A program made the translations under genes and the position numbers. Below, in pieces: positions 39,144-49,999 of a DNA stretch of 64,000 bases. The notes under the pieces are model-generated. The model was not told the origin of the DNA and ran no database searches. It saw only the letters and a program-made list of their open reading frames with translations. Location of the stretch: contig OY762209.1 in assembly GCA_963665295.1 (NCBI GenBank), positions 1,120,001 through 1,184,000 of the forward strand, in the 5' to 3' direction. The stretch comes from Syntrophorhabdaceae bacterium (GTDB taxonomy: Bacteria; Desulfobacterota; Syntrophorhabdia; Syntrophorhabdales; Syntrophorhabdaceae). Numbering within the stretch: the stretch's first letter is position 1; every line of letters begins with the position of its first letter.

Positions 39144-41537
39144 ATGAAAGCACTCGTAATGTTCACGGCATTCTTCCTTCTCTCCCTCTTCGTGTCAACC
39201 TCGTCCCATGGGGCGGAGGAGCCCGGCACAGGGCAGCTCAAGGTAGTGACCGCCAAAAAGGATAAGGTCGAGGTGCCCCTTGCCCATACGTCGGTAAAGG
39301 CGGACATTGCAGGGTTCGTGGCCCGCGTCACGGTTACCCAGACATTCGTGAACCCCTTCAAGGAGCCTATAGAGGCGGTCTATGTATTCCCTCTGCCTCA
39401 CAAGGCCGCAGTGGACGACATGACCATGAAGATCGGATCGCGCGTCATAAAGGGTGTCATCAAGAAAAGGGACGAGGCGAAGAAGATATACGACGACGCG
39501 AGGAAGGCGGGTAAAACCGCCTCTCTCCTTGAGCAGGAAAGGCCCAACATCTTTACCCAGTCCGTGGCGAACATCCTTCCCGGCGACGCCATAGAGGTCC
39601 GGATCAGCTACGTCGAAACCTTGAAATACGAGAAGGGAGAATACGAATTCGTCTTTCCCATGGTGGTGGGTCCGCGCTACATCCCCGGGGAACGAATCAT
39701 CGGCAAAGAGGGCGGCGGATGGGCGCCCGACACGAACCGCGTCCCTGATGCGTCCCGCATAACCCCTCCCGTGCTGAAGCCGGGAGAACGCTCGGGTCAC
39801 GACATCGATGTGACGGTAAGCATCGATGGGGCGGTGCCTTTCACCAACCTCCGGTCGCCTTCCCACATGATCTCCGTAAAGCAGGGCACGCCGTCCAAAG
39901 CGGTGGTGAAGCTCGACCCCCGCGACACCATCCCCAACAAGGACCTGATCCTCCGCTACAATGTGCTGGGGAAAGCGCCTGCCTTCGGCAGCGCCATATA
40001 CAGTGACGGGAAGGAAGGGTATTTCCTCCTCATCCTCACTCCGAAAGAAAAATACGGCAAGGAAGAGATACTGCCCAGGGAAATCCTCTTCATTATCGAT
40101 TCCTCGGGCAGCCAGTCCGGCGACCCCCTGGCAAAATCAAAGGAACTGATGAAAAGGGCGCTTTACGGGCTCCGGCCGGACGATACCTTCCAGATATTCA
40201 ACTTCAACGATACGGTGACATCCATGGCGGACGGCCCGGTGGGGGCCACGGCGGCAAATATCGTGGATGCCCGGAAATTCATCGACCAGATACGGTGCAC
40301 GGGAGGCACCCGCATGGTGCCTGTAATTCAGGCCGCCCTCAACTGGCCCGCGGACCCGAAAAGGCTCCGCCTCGTGGTGATGGCCACCGACGGATACGTG
40401 GGGAACGAAGGGGAGGTGCTGGGCGAAATCCGCGATAACCTCGGCGATGCCCGGCTCTTCATGTTCGGCGTCGGCAGCTCCACGAACCGTTACCTCATCG
40501 ACAGGATGGCTGAAGAAGGCAGGGGGTTTTCCATGATCGTCCGCCAGGACGAGCCCACGGACAAGGTGATCGAGACCTTTCACCGTCGGATGGACACGCC
40601 CGTTCTCCGTGATCTCAAGATAGACTGGCAAGGCCTCGCCGTTCGGGATGTCTATCCCGCCCGGGTCCCCGACCTCTACGCAGGGCAGCCGGTGGTGCTC
40701 CTCGGCCGCTTCACCAAACCGGGCTCCGGGACCGTGAGGCTCCAGGGCACTCAGGGCTCCGGCGCGGTAGTCTATTCCCACAAGGTGACCTTCCCGGCCG
40801 GGAAGACCGGTCCGGACCAGATCGCGTCCCTGTGGGCCCGCACTGCCATTGAAAAGATGATGAACCAGCGGGAGGCCGACCGCTCAAAGAGTCAGGCCCT
40901 GGAAAAAGAGGTGACAAACCTCGCCTTGGCCTACAGGCTCATGACGCAGTTCACCTCTTTCGTGGCAGTGGAAGAGCAGATACGGAACATCGACGGAAAG
41001 CCCCGGACCGTCCAGGTACCCGTGGAAATGCCGGAAGGCGTCTCCCATGAAGGAGTGTTCGGAGAGGCGGCATCTCCCATGGTTTTCACCCAGGCCGTCG
41101 CCGCCCCGTCTGCGCCCCCACCCGTCGCCTCGGGTCAACGCTCGCCATCGAAAAAGACCATGACACGCCCGGTCCTGCCGTCCGCGTCCCGGGCGGGCAA
41201 TGGAGGCGGCGCGGGAAAGAGGGCAGCCGCCCTTCCCTTCACCATCGACCCGATAGCCTTCCTCGGGATCACCGATGAGGTTCCATATCGAAACACCCTC
41301 CAGGGCAAGGCCGCGGAGGAACTCGCGGCGGCCCTCAAGGACATTCCCCTGCCCAAGGGCAAGGGAATGATGGTCCGCATAGCCCTCTCCCCCAAGGGAG
41401 CGGTAAAAGGGGTGGAAGTGACGAGGAACACCGCCGATTCCCCCGATCTTGAGAAATCAGTGAAAGAAGCCCTCATGAAGATCGTCTTCCCGTCTCCTGA
41501 AAAGGACGCGACCCTCGTATTCTCTCTCAAATTCTGA
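39144..41537 (+). CDS. Secreted VIT + vWA domain protein
   Basis: Signal peptide; VIT (V.VTQ.F.N...EAVY.FPLP), MIDAS DSSGS, GGT, TDG, L.T.FTSFVAVE; TonB-C-like C-terminus. Confidence 0.9.
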   Translation: MKALVMFTAFFLLSLFVSTSSHGAEEPGTGQLKVVTAKKDKVEVPLAHTSVKADIAGFVARVTVTQTFVNPFKEPIEAVYVFPLPHKAAVDDMTMKIGSRVIKGVIKKRDEAKKIYDDARKAGKTASLLEQERPNIFTQSVANILPGDAIEVRISYVETLKYEKGEYEFVFPMVVGPRYIPGERIIGKEGGGWAPDTNRVPDASRITPPVLKPGERSGHDIDVTVSIDGAVPFTNLRSPSHMISVKQGTPSKAVVKLDPRDTIPNKDLILRYNVLGKAPAFGSAIYSDGKEGYFLLILTPKEKYGKEEILPREILFIIDSSGSQSGDPLAKSKELMKRALYGLRPDDTFQIFNFNDTVTSMADGPVGATAANIVDARKFIDQIRCTGGTRMVPVIQAALNWPADPKRLRLVVMATDGYVGNEGEVLGEIRDNLGDARLFMFGVGSSTNRYLIDRMAEEGRGFSMIVRQDEPTDKVIETFHRRMDTPVLRDLKIDWQGLAVRDVYPARVPDLYAGQPVVLLGRFTKPGSGTVRLQGTQGSGAVVYSHKVTFPAGKTGPDQIASLWARTAIEKMMNQREADRSKSQALEKEVTNLALAYRLMTQFTSFVAVEEQIRNIDGKPRTVQVPVEMPEGVSHEGVFGEAASPMVFTQAVAAPSAPPPVASGQRSPSKKTMTRPVLPSASRAGNGGGAGKRAAALPFTIDPIAFLGITDEVPYRNTLQGKAAEELAAALKDIPLPKGKGMMVRIALSPKGAVKGVEVTRNTADSPDLEKSVKEALMKIVFPSPEKDATLVFSLKF

Positions 41538-41555
41538 AAAAGCCCACATCATAAA

Positions 41556-41584
41556 GAGGCCCCGGCGCAACCCGCCGGGGCCTC
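41556..41584 (-). terminator. Hairpin between the convergent vWA gene and CRISPR transcript
   Basis: Perfect 12-bp stem GAGGCCCCGGCG-caacc-CGCCGGGGCCTC; TTTAT follows on the minus strand. Confidence 0.65.
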
Positions 41585-41606
41585 CCCCGCTCCCCGCCCA
41601 CAACAA

Positions 41607-44600
41607 GCCCCATGCTACGCCCCTGTGCGAGGGGCGATGCCATGGCGGAGAAATACGCGGATATGGACGAAGTTTCAATCCACACCCCCGTGCGAGGGGC
41701 GATTCTGGACCCTCACGGGTACGTTTCCTAACTGGACGTTTCAATCCACGCCCCCGTGCGAGGGGCGATGCTTACTGCGGGAATCATCCCCACAAGCTCT
41801 CTGGTTTCAATCCACACCCCCGTGCGAGGGGCGATACCGACACGACGCCGATACACCGAAGGATTTCATGTTTCAATCCACGCCCCTGTGCGAGGGGCGA
41901 TGCATGGGCCTGGATTTTCTGATCGTGCTCTGGGAGTTTCAATCCACGCCCCCGTGCGAGGGGCGATAAATAAGAATTGATTAGGAGGGCTACATCATAT
42001 GTTTCAATCCACGCCCCCGTGCGAGGGGCGATTTTGAGAGATGGTTTAGGAACCAGAGATAAGGAGGTTTCAATCCACGCCCCCGTGCGAGGGGCGATAC
42101 AGGTACAGGGTCAGGAGAAGATGGAGCGCTAAAGTTTCAATCCACGCCCCCGTGCGAGGGGCGATGCAGGATCAAGCGGGCATGACTCCCGGAGAATATG
42201 TTTCAATCCACGCCCCCGTGCGAGGGGCGATGGACCGCCGGAGCCGGGTTGAATCTTCTTTGAGAGTTTCAATCCACGCCCCCGTGCGAGGGGCGATAGA
42301 GCTTTTCGTACCCGCCGGCGTAGGTGGGAAGGTTTCAATCCACGCCCCCGTGCGAGGGGCGATAATCCGTGGATGCCGGGAAAAAGGGGAGGAAAAAGTT
42401 TCAATCCACGCCCCCGTGCGAGGGGCGATAGTAAACGGGCTACAAAGCCTACCAGCACTATAAGTTTCAATCCACGCCCCCGTGCGAGGGGCGATAACTC
42501 TCGCCCGAGAACTCGCGGCTGAAAAAGAAGTTTCAATCCACGCCCCCGTGCGAGGGGCGATGGCCTGCGGCCTCATGTCATATGCCAACGATATGTTTCA
42601 ATCCACGCCCCCGTGCGAGGGGCGATCACGGCCCGGCAGATTTATAACATCCTCAAGAAGGTTTCAATCCACGCCCCCGTGCGAGGGGCGATACTGAAGC
42701 CCTGCGGGCGCTCATTCAGGCTACGGCGTTTCAATCCACGCCCCCGTGCGAGGGGCGATGTCGGCATGCGGCAACAACTCTCACCCAGATTCGTTTCAAT
42801 CCACGCCCCCGTGCGAGGGGCGATAAGCGGTAGCACACATCATCAACAAGTCTTTTGAAGTTTCAATCCACGCCCCCGTGCGAGGGGCGATCTCGGGGTT
42901 ATCACTCCGTATCTTCCATTCTCCCGTTTCAATCCACGCCCCCGTGCGAGGGGCGATGAGGCGCAGAAAAAGGAAGAAAAAGCGGCAGAGGAGTTTCAAT
43001 CCACGCCCCCGTGCGAGGGGCGATGTTCATCGACGGAAGAGCACCCCGTATCATGGGAAGTTTCAATCCACGCCCCCGTGCGAGGGGCGATGGGATGCCT
43101 CACCCGTCCCCCCATGGTAGTGAAAGTTTCAATCCACGCCCCCGTGCGAGGGGCGATGCAGCCATGCGTACTCTGGCGCAGCTTACCAAAGTGTTTCAAT
43201 CCACGCCCCCGTGCGAGGGGCGATTCGCGGATCGCCAATACATTAGGGCCGGTCATGGGTTTCAATCCACGCCCCCGTGCGAGGGGCGATGGAGTGGTTT
43301 ACCCGGGCTACTCAATGGGCTCATGGTTTCAATCCACGCCCCCGTGCGAGGGGCGATCCAGGGCCGGAAAAGGGCCGCACCAGCACCGGTTGTTTCAATC
43401 CACGCCCCCGTGCGAGGGGCGATAGCGACGGAAACGACCAAGGCCACCGCAATAGCGGTTTCAATCCACGCCCCCGTGCGAGGGGCGATACCGTTCCCGT
43501 GCCGGAAAACTGTAGTGTTTCCGGTTTCAATCCACGCCCCCGTGCGAGGGGCGATACCGTCTCCGTCAACAGCACGTCCGGAGTGACCAGTTTCAATCCA
43601 CGCCCCCGTGCGAGGGGCGATCCCGACCTCGAACAACCCGTCCTCGTCCCCCGGGTGTTTCAATCCACGCCCCCGTGCGAGGGGCGATTGTGGCGAAGAC
43701 CTTTTTCGTCGGTGATCGCCCGTTTCAATCCACGCCCCCGTGCGAGGGGCGATGGGGTATCGCTGTAATGGCGTCGGACAGTGGTACGTTTCAATCCACG
43801 CCCCCGTGCGAGGGGCGATTATTCTCGGGAGCATGGGATTCCATGTACAGCAAGTTTCAATCCACGCCCCCGTGCGAGGGGCGATGGGCCGTCATACGGG
43901 CCTTTCACAATCTACGGATGTTTCAATCCACGCCCCCGTGCGAGGGGCGATGGGCCGTCATACGGGCCTTTCACAATCTACGGATGTTTCAATCCACGCC
44001 CCCGTGCGAGGGGCGATACTTGTCAAGGTTAAAGGATATTTGCGTCATGTGTTTCAATCCACGCCCCCGTGCGAGGGGCGATGTGTGCCCCGATAGGCAT
44101 ACAACACGGTCCCCATGTTTCAATCCACGCCCCCGTGCGAGGGGCGATGATGAGTACCTTGCACAGTGGATTGCCGAGCATGGTTTCAATCCACGCCCCC
44201 GTGCGAGGGGCGATCCGGATAGGGCCCCACGCGGTGAGGACATAATATGTTTCAATCCACGCCCCCGTGCGAGGGGCGATGGGGACGATGTAGGTCTCAG
44301 CAAGGCCATACCGGGTTTCAATCCACGCCCCCGTGCGAGGGGCGATTCCGGGTACGATGTTACGACCCTTTCCGCTCATGACGTTTCAATCCACGCCCCC
44401 GTGCGAGGGGCGATGATAATCAAGGACGCAATCAAGGAAAGGAGGAAAGAGTTTCAATCCACGCCCCCGTGCGAGGGGCGATGCCGGATCGTCGATACCT
44501 CCGTCCAGCGCACGAAGTTTCAATCCACGCCCCCGTGCGAGGGGCGATTTCGTCTCGCCTTTTATGCGGACCTGATCAAGCGGTTTCAATCCACGCCCCC

Positions 44601-47600
44601 GTGCGAGGGGCGATCGGGCTTATATTTCTTAACGTCGGGATCGGTCCAGTTTCAATCCACGCCCCCGTGCGAGGGGCGATGCCGGTATACTGCATGATAG
44701 TTACCCGACCATGGTTTCAATCCACGCCCCCGTGCGAGGGGCGATGCGCCGCATCGTAGACAAGGGCCTGAAATAACAGTTTCAATCCACGCCCCCGTGC
44801 GAGGGGCGATGCTCTGCGCGCGGAGATTCAACGTCTTGATGAAGTTTCAATCCACGCCCCCGTGCGAGGGGCGATTACCTGGAATGCAGGCACACGTGGA
44901 CCAAAAAGGGTTTCAATCCACGCCCCCGTGCGAGGGGCGATTCCGCCTCCTTCTTTCATTACCTCGCAGCAGTATCGTTTCAATCCACGCCCCCGTGCGA
45001 GGGGCGATTCTCCCGTGACTATCTCGGACCCGTCCACCCGGTGTTTCAATCCACGCCCCCGTGCGAGGGGCGATGATCCGCTGGTTGAGCATCGCGACCT
45101 TGCGCTTGGTGTTTCAATCCACGCCCCCGTGCGAGGGGCGATCGGACACCGGTCGGACAGGGGTGCGGCATCGAAGTTTCAATCCACGCCCCCGTGCGAG
45201 GGGCGATTGTCCGCGGTGAGTCTGGTCAAGCCGACTTCATAGGTTTCAATCCACGCCCCCGTGCGAGGGGCGATAGCACCAACCCGGTAGCAAAGCATAC
45301 GTCTGCTGTTTCAATCCACGCCCCCGTGCGAGGGGCGATATACGGATCTCGTCACTATTCTTTTCCGACAGATGTTTCAATCCACGCCCCCGTGCGAGGG
45401 GCGATTCGTAGCTGATATAGACGCTGTTCGTCCCCACGTGTTTCAATCCACGCCCCCGTGCGAGGGGCGATTCGGTTGAGGGCGGCGGTCTCCGTCCTAT
45501 CGCAATGTTTCAATCCACGCCCCCGTGCGAGGGGCGATTCGGTTGCCGCTTTCTTCCCACCTTATTCCGGTTAGTTTCAATCCACGCCCCCGTGCGAGGG
45601 GCGATCTCGATGATCAGGCCGGTTACATACTCGCAAAAGGTTTCAATCCACGCCCCCGTGCGAGGGGCGATGGCTTACCGGACACAACCGGCCTCAATCT
45701 GAAGGTTTCAATCCACGCCCCCGTGCGAGGGGCGATACATTCCTGTAAGCTGCTTTTCGCCTGACTTCACGTTTCAATCCACGCCCCCGTGCGAGGGGCG
45801 ATCTGACTTGTCATTTTTCTTCCCGATCATCAAGAAGTTTCAATCCACGCCCCCGTGCGAGGGGCGATCTCAAACTTGGAGACCATTTCCGGCCACCTTT
45901 TGGTTTCAATCCACGCCCCCGTGCGAGGGGCGATGCTCCCGATGCAATCGACCATAGCAGGGGTCAAGTTTCAATCCACGCCCCCGTGCGAGGGGCGATC
46001 CGGCGAAGGGGTCTAAGATGGTGTGGCCTGAATGTTTCAATCCACGCCCCCGTGCGAGGGGCGATAATACTGTTCTCTCCGTCAAAACGGGGTGAATGTG
46101 TTTCAATCCACGCCCCCGTGCGAGGGGCGATCCGATGCCAGTCCAGTAGCCAAAGGAGCCATTATGTTTCAATCCACGCCCCCGTGCGAGGGGCGATCCG
46201 CTGCTTCTATTTTTGCGTTCCATTCTTTTTTGTTTCAATCCACGCCCCCGTGCGAGGGGCGATCGTCGCAGTAATCAAAAATGTCGTTGTCGAAAAAGTT
46301 TCAATCCACGCCCCCGTGCGAGGGGCGATTTGCCTCCTTTGCTGCCTATTTTTATTGCCTGTTGTTTCAATCCACGCCCCCGTGCGAGGGGCGATGCTGC
46401 ACCCATGGCTGCCGTAGCTGCCGCATAGGTTTCAATCCACGCCCCCGTGCGAGGGGCGATATTTCCCGCAGCACTGGTCTACAACGCGCAGGCCGTTTCA
46501 ATCCACGCCCCCGTGCGAGGGGCGATTACATCCTGTACTTCCCCTAACCATTCCCCATCAGTTTCAATCCACGCCCCCGTGCGAGGGGCGATCCTGTGCT
46601 CGCGACATAATAAGCGGCATAGAGACGTTTCAATCCACGCCCCCGTGCGAGGGGCGATCCCGTGGTGGTTATGACTGCGCCCATGATCGACGGTTTCAAT
46701 CCACGCCCCCGTGCGAGGGGCGATCTCTTCCGTGCTCACGTCCCCCACCACGTCCATAAGTTTCAATCCACGCCCCCGTGCGAGGGGCGATCATCACCAC
46801 GGCTATCCAAATGATTCAGGCCATGGTTTCAATCCACGCCCCCGTGCGAGGGGCGATCAGCCTCAAATGTTCATGACCGGCCGGACAGAGGTTTCAATCC
46901 ACGCCCCCGTGCGAGGGGCGATGCAGAGCCATCCATAATAGTTGCTAAGGTTATACCGTTTCAATCCACGCCCCCGTGCGAGGGGCGATGGCGCTATTGG
47001 CTGGCGAGATGGCTACTCAAGGGTTTCAATCCACGCCCCCGTGCGAGGGGCGATCGGGCACGATGTTACGACCCTTTCCCCTCATGACGTTTCAATCCAC
47101 GCCCCCGTGCGAGGGGCGATAAGACTCAAGACTCCTTCCGTTCGGGGCAAAAGGTTTCAATCCACGCCCCCGTGCGAGGGGCGATAATTGCTGGCCTGAG
47201 TTTCGCCCACATCACCAATGTTTCAATCCACGCCCCCGTGCGAGGGGCGATTTAAAGGATTGTCGATGACTGGTTCAAGAGATAGTTTCAATCCACGCCC
47301 CCGTGCGAGGGGCGATGTGACCAACCCGGTAGCAAAGCATACATCCGCTGTTTCAATCCACGCCCCCGTGCGAGGGGCGATCCGAATGAAGTGATACCGT
47401 TTTCCCTCCTCCTATTGTTTCAATCCACGCCCCCGTGCGAGGGGCGATTGCGATATCCGCCGCAATAAGGTCAATCCCCGGGGGTTTCAATCCACGCCCC
47501 CGTGCGAGGGGCGATTGACCGTTACCTTCTGCGACACACCATCGTCGTTGTTTCAATCCACGCCCCCGTGCGAGGGGCGATGCAGATAAACCCTTTTGCC

Positions 47601-47845
47601 TTCCTCTTCTTCAGGTCGTTTCAATCCACGCCCCCGTGCGAGGGGCGATGTGTGCCTTTCATTATTCCTCCTTCTCTTTGTTGTTTCAATCCACGCCCCC
47701 GTGCGAGGGGCGATGAGAGGAGGTAAGCCATGAACGAGCGAGAGAAGGTTTCAATCCACGCCCCCGTGCGAGGGGCGATGTAAGGAGGGGCGTAGTACAT
47801 TCATGCCCATCAAGTTTCAATCCACGCCCCCGTGCGAGGGGCGAT
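41607..47845 (-). CRISPR. Type I-C CRISPR array, 95 repeats and 94 spacers of ~33-36 nt (manual count)
   Basis: 32-bp repeat ATCGCCCCTCGCACGGGGGCGTGGATTGAAAC (minus strand) with hairpin and ATTGAAAC end; degenerate repeats at 41607-41901 mark the trailer; leader next to cas2. Confidence 0.99.
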
Positions 47846-48028
47846 AGCTACATGTCTAACTTGTCAAAATAAAACCTAAAATACCGTCAATTTCGCGAAC
47901 CTGTCCAATTCGGTTCATCTCCACATATTCAATTGTCAAAGAGCGACAGAAAAACACATGTAATAGTAAACGCTTGACTCATCCGTGAGCCTCCCGGGAT
48001 TTGTGGGAGCTTCGGGTTCGCGGATGCC
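47846..48028 (-). promoter_or_regulatory. CRISPR leader
   Basis: AT-rich non-coding stretch between cas2 and the first repeat, with GCGAACC/GGTTCGC motifs as often seen in I-C leaders. Confidence 0.8.
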
Positions 48029-48319
48029 TCATATGATCAGGGGTCCTTCCTGATCGATCCCTTCTTTTGCCCCGATATGCTCAACCCGCCGCTTCCAGTT
48101 CGATCCCAGGTAATAGAGGCGGAGACTGTCCTTCTCCAGGTCGATCTCGTCTATCAGGCGTTGCTTCAAAGCGGCCCACTGCGCTGGATCGATAATGCAC
48201 TCAAAGACGGAGTACTGCACTCTTTGGCCGTAGTCCTGACACGCCTTCGCCACACGATGCAAGCGCCGCTGCCCGCCTGTATTCGATGTAGCAACGTCAT
48301 AGCATACCAGCACCATCAT
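48029..48319 (-). CDS. cas2: CRISPR-associated endonuclease Cas2
   Basis: VLVCYDV, G.RRL..VAK.C..YGQRVQYSVFEC, DSLR.Y.LG; 96 aa. Confidence 0.97.
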   Translation of the reverse strand: MMVLVCYDVATSNTGGQRRLHRVAKACQDYGQRVQYSVFECIIDPAQWAALKQRLIDEIDLEKDSLRLYYLGSNWKRRVEHIGAKEGIDQEGPLII

Positions 48320-48329
48320 GCCTTTTCTC

Positions 48330-49361
48330 CTATTTCCATATGAAGGGCGGGTACCCATCGAGGTCTCGCCGAAGATACCGGGCCATGAGGAGGGCCTGTA
48401 CGTGAAACAAAAGTCCGATCATGACTTTTTCACCAAGAAAAGGGTGCGTGATCTCTTCCTGCTTGCGCTCCTGATAGGCCACAAGAACGGTCTTACGTGC
48501 GTCGTCAGTCATCATAACCGCGCCCGATTCCATTTTCTTGAATCCCTTGCCCTGCACCTGTTGGAGATTGATAAGCGACACCACAAGGCGGTCGGCGATA
48601 AACGGCCTGAATTCCTCCATAAGATCAAGGGCGAGCCCCGGTCGCCCCGGTCTGTCCCGGTGCAGGAAGCCGACGGCAGGGTCAAGGCCGACGGTTTCCA
48701 GCGCTGACCGCACATCGTGCATCACAAGCGTGTAGACAAAAGAAAGAAGGCAGTTGACATTATCGAGGGGTGGCCTTCTGTTGCGTTCATCGAACTGAAA
48801 AATCTCTTTTTGCGCAATAATAAGATGATCAAAGACATTGAAATAGATGTGCGCCGAATCTCCTTCAACCCCTCGAAGCCCGTCGAGAGGATAATCCCGG
48901 TCCACAAGTTCGATCTGATGGGTCAATCGCAGGACCGCACGACGCATGGCCTGTTCGTCTATCTTCTCCCCGTGGTCCCGGATGGCCCTTTGCAGTACGG
49001 CCCGGGAGTTGGCGATCTTTCCCATAAGGATGCACTTGGCAATCCGGGCTGAGGCATCGAGGTCGTCGGCCAGACGGTACTGCTCCCTCCGCAACAACAC
49101 ATTTCCCGATACCGGACCCTGCACTCTTGCCAGAAACCGTCCATGCTCGGTCAAGAAACTTATTCCCACCTGATTTTCCGCACAGAACCCCATGAGATAG
49201 GGGCTGCACCCGACATTGCCGAAACAGACAACGCCGCCGATGGTATGAACAGGGACACGAAGGCGCACCGCGCCGTCGATCTTGACGACGATCGTCTCAC
49301 CCTCCTTCGAAAGATACGCCCCTTGCGTCGTTACATAGAGGGTATTGAGATGTTTCTTCAT
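48330..49361 (-). CDS. cas1: Type I-C Cas1
   Basis: MKKHLNTLYVT, GNVLLRR.QYR, LRG.EG, RRPPLD.VN.LLSF.Y, LALDLMEE, YPPFIWK; 343 aa. Confidence 0.98.
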   Translation of the reverse strand: MKKHLNTLYVTTQGAYLSKEGETIVVKIDGAVRLRVPVHTIGGVVCFGNVGCSPYLMGFCAENQVGISFLTEHGRFLARVQGPVSGNVLLRREQYRLADDLDASARIAKCILMGKIANSRAVLQRAIRDHGEKIDEQAMRRAVLRLTHQIELVDRDYPLDGLRGVEGDSAHIYFNVFDHLIIAQKEIFQFDERNRRPPLDNVNCLLSFVYTLVMHDVRSALETVGLDPAVGFLHRDRPGRPGLALDLMEEFRPFIADRLVVSLINLQQVQGKGFKKMESGAVMMTDDARKTVLVAYQERKQEEITHPFLGEKVMIGLLFHVQALLMARYLRRDLDGYPPFIWK

Positions 49362-49999
49362 TGCTTGCCCGCCTCGATCATTCTTTTGAGATAACGTTCT
49401 ACCGACAATTTCTTCTCCATCTTCCTCGGCAAGCACGCCCCAATGAGGGAACAGCTTTCACATCGCTTCGCGTAGACCGGCGGCGGCGTCACGCCTCCAG
49501 AGATCAGTTTCCGGGCCTTTTCCGCAGTCTCTTCCGTCTCCCGCCGCAATGTATTGTCAAACGCTATATCCTGCCGACGCCTGGTTTTTCCGTAAAAAAG
49601 GGCTCCTTCGGGCACGGCGACGGAGAGCATCTCTTCGAGGCACAACCCTTGGGCACACAATTGGACCGCGTCGCAATGATCGGGCTTCGGTTTGCCTCGC
49701 TTGTACTCCACGGGAAAAGGCTTCCAAGAGCCTTTCTTTTCATGAAGAAACTCCACCACATCGGCCACGCCTACAAGGCCAAGCCTCAAGGACCGCAGGG
49801 GCAGGCCGCGGGCGATGCGGACCTTTCCCCGTGACTCATCCCCGGTCTCGTGTACCTTCTCGTGCATGATGCGGCCCTCTGCGGTAAGACCGCTCTCTGC
49901 CCAGATCTGCTCAATATGGATCAGAGCACACTGGCGTGGGCAGAACGCATAGTGCTGCAAAGCCGAGATCATGATGAGATCATCTTCGGAATAGGTCAT
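49358..49999 (-). CDS. cas4: CRISPR-associated exonuclease Cas4
   Basis: SALQHY.FCPRQCALIH.E, G.ADVVEF, PVEYKRG, QLCAQ, C..CSL...C.P. Confidence 0.97.
   Translation of the reverse strand: MTYSEDDLIMISALQHYAFCPRQCALIHIEQIWAESGLTAEGRIMHEKVHETGDESRGKVRIARGLPLRSLRLGLVGVADVVEFLHEKKGSWKPFPVEYKRGKPKPDHCDAVQLCAQGLCLEEMLSVAVPEGALFYGKTRRRQDIAFDNTLRRETEETAEKARKLISGGVTPPPVYAKRCESCSLIGACLPRKMEKKLSVERYLKRMIEAGKQ

Noticed and set aside
41625..47726. Dozens of ORFs with [10 protein letters not shown] / [10 protein letters not shown] / [10 protein letters not shown] repeats
   Set aside because: Translations of the CRISPR repeat, not genes.
41639..47813. Self-targeting spacers within this window
   Set aside because: None found by eye; an exhaustive alignment was not possible.
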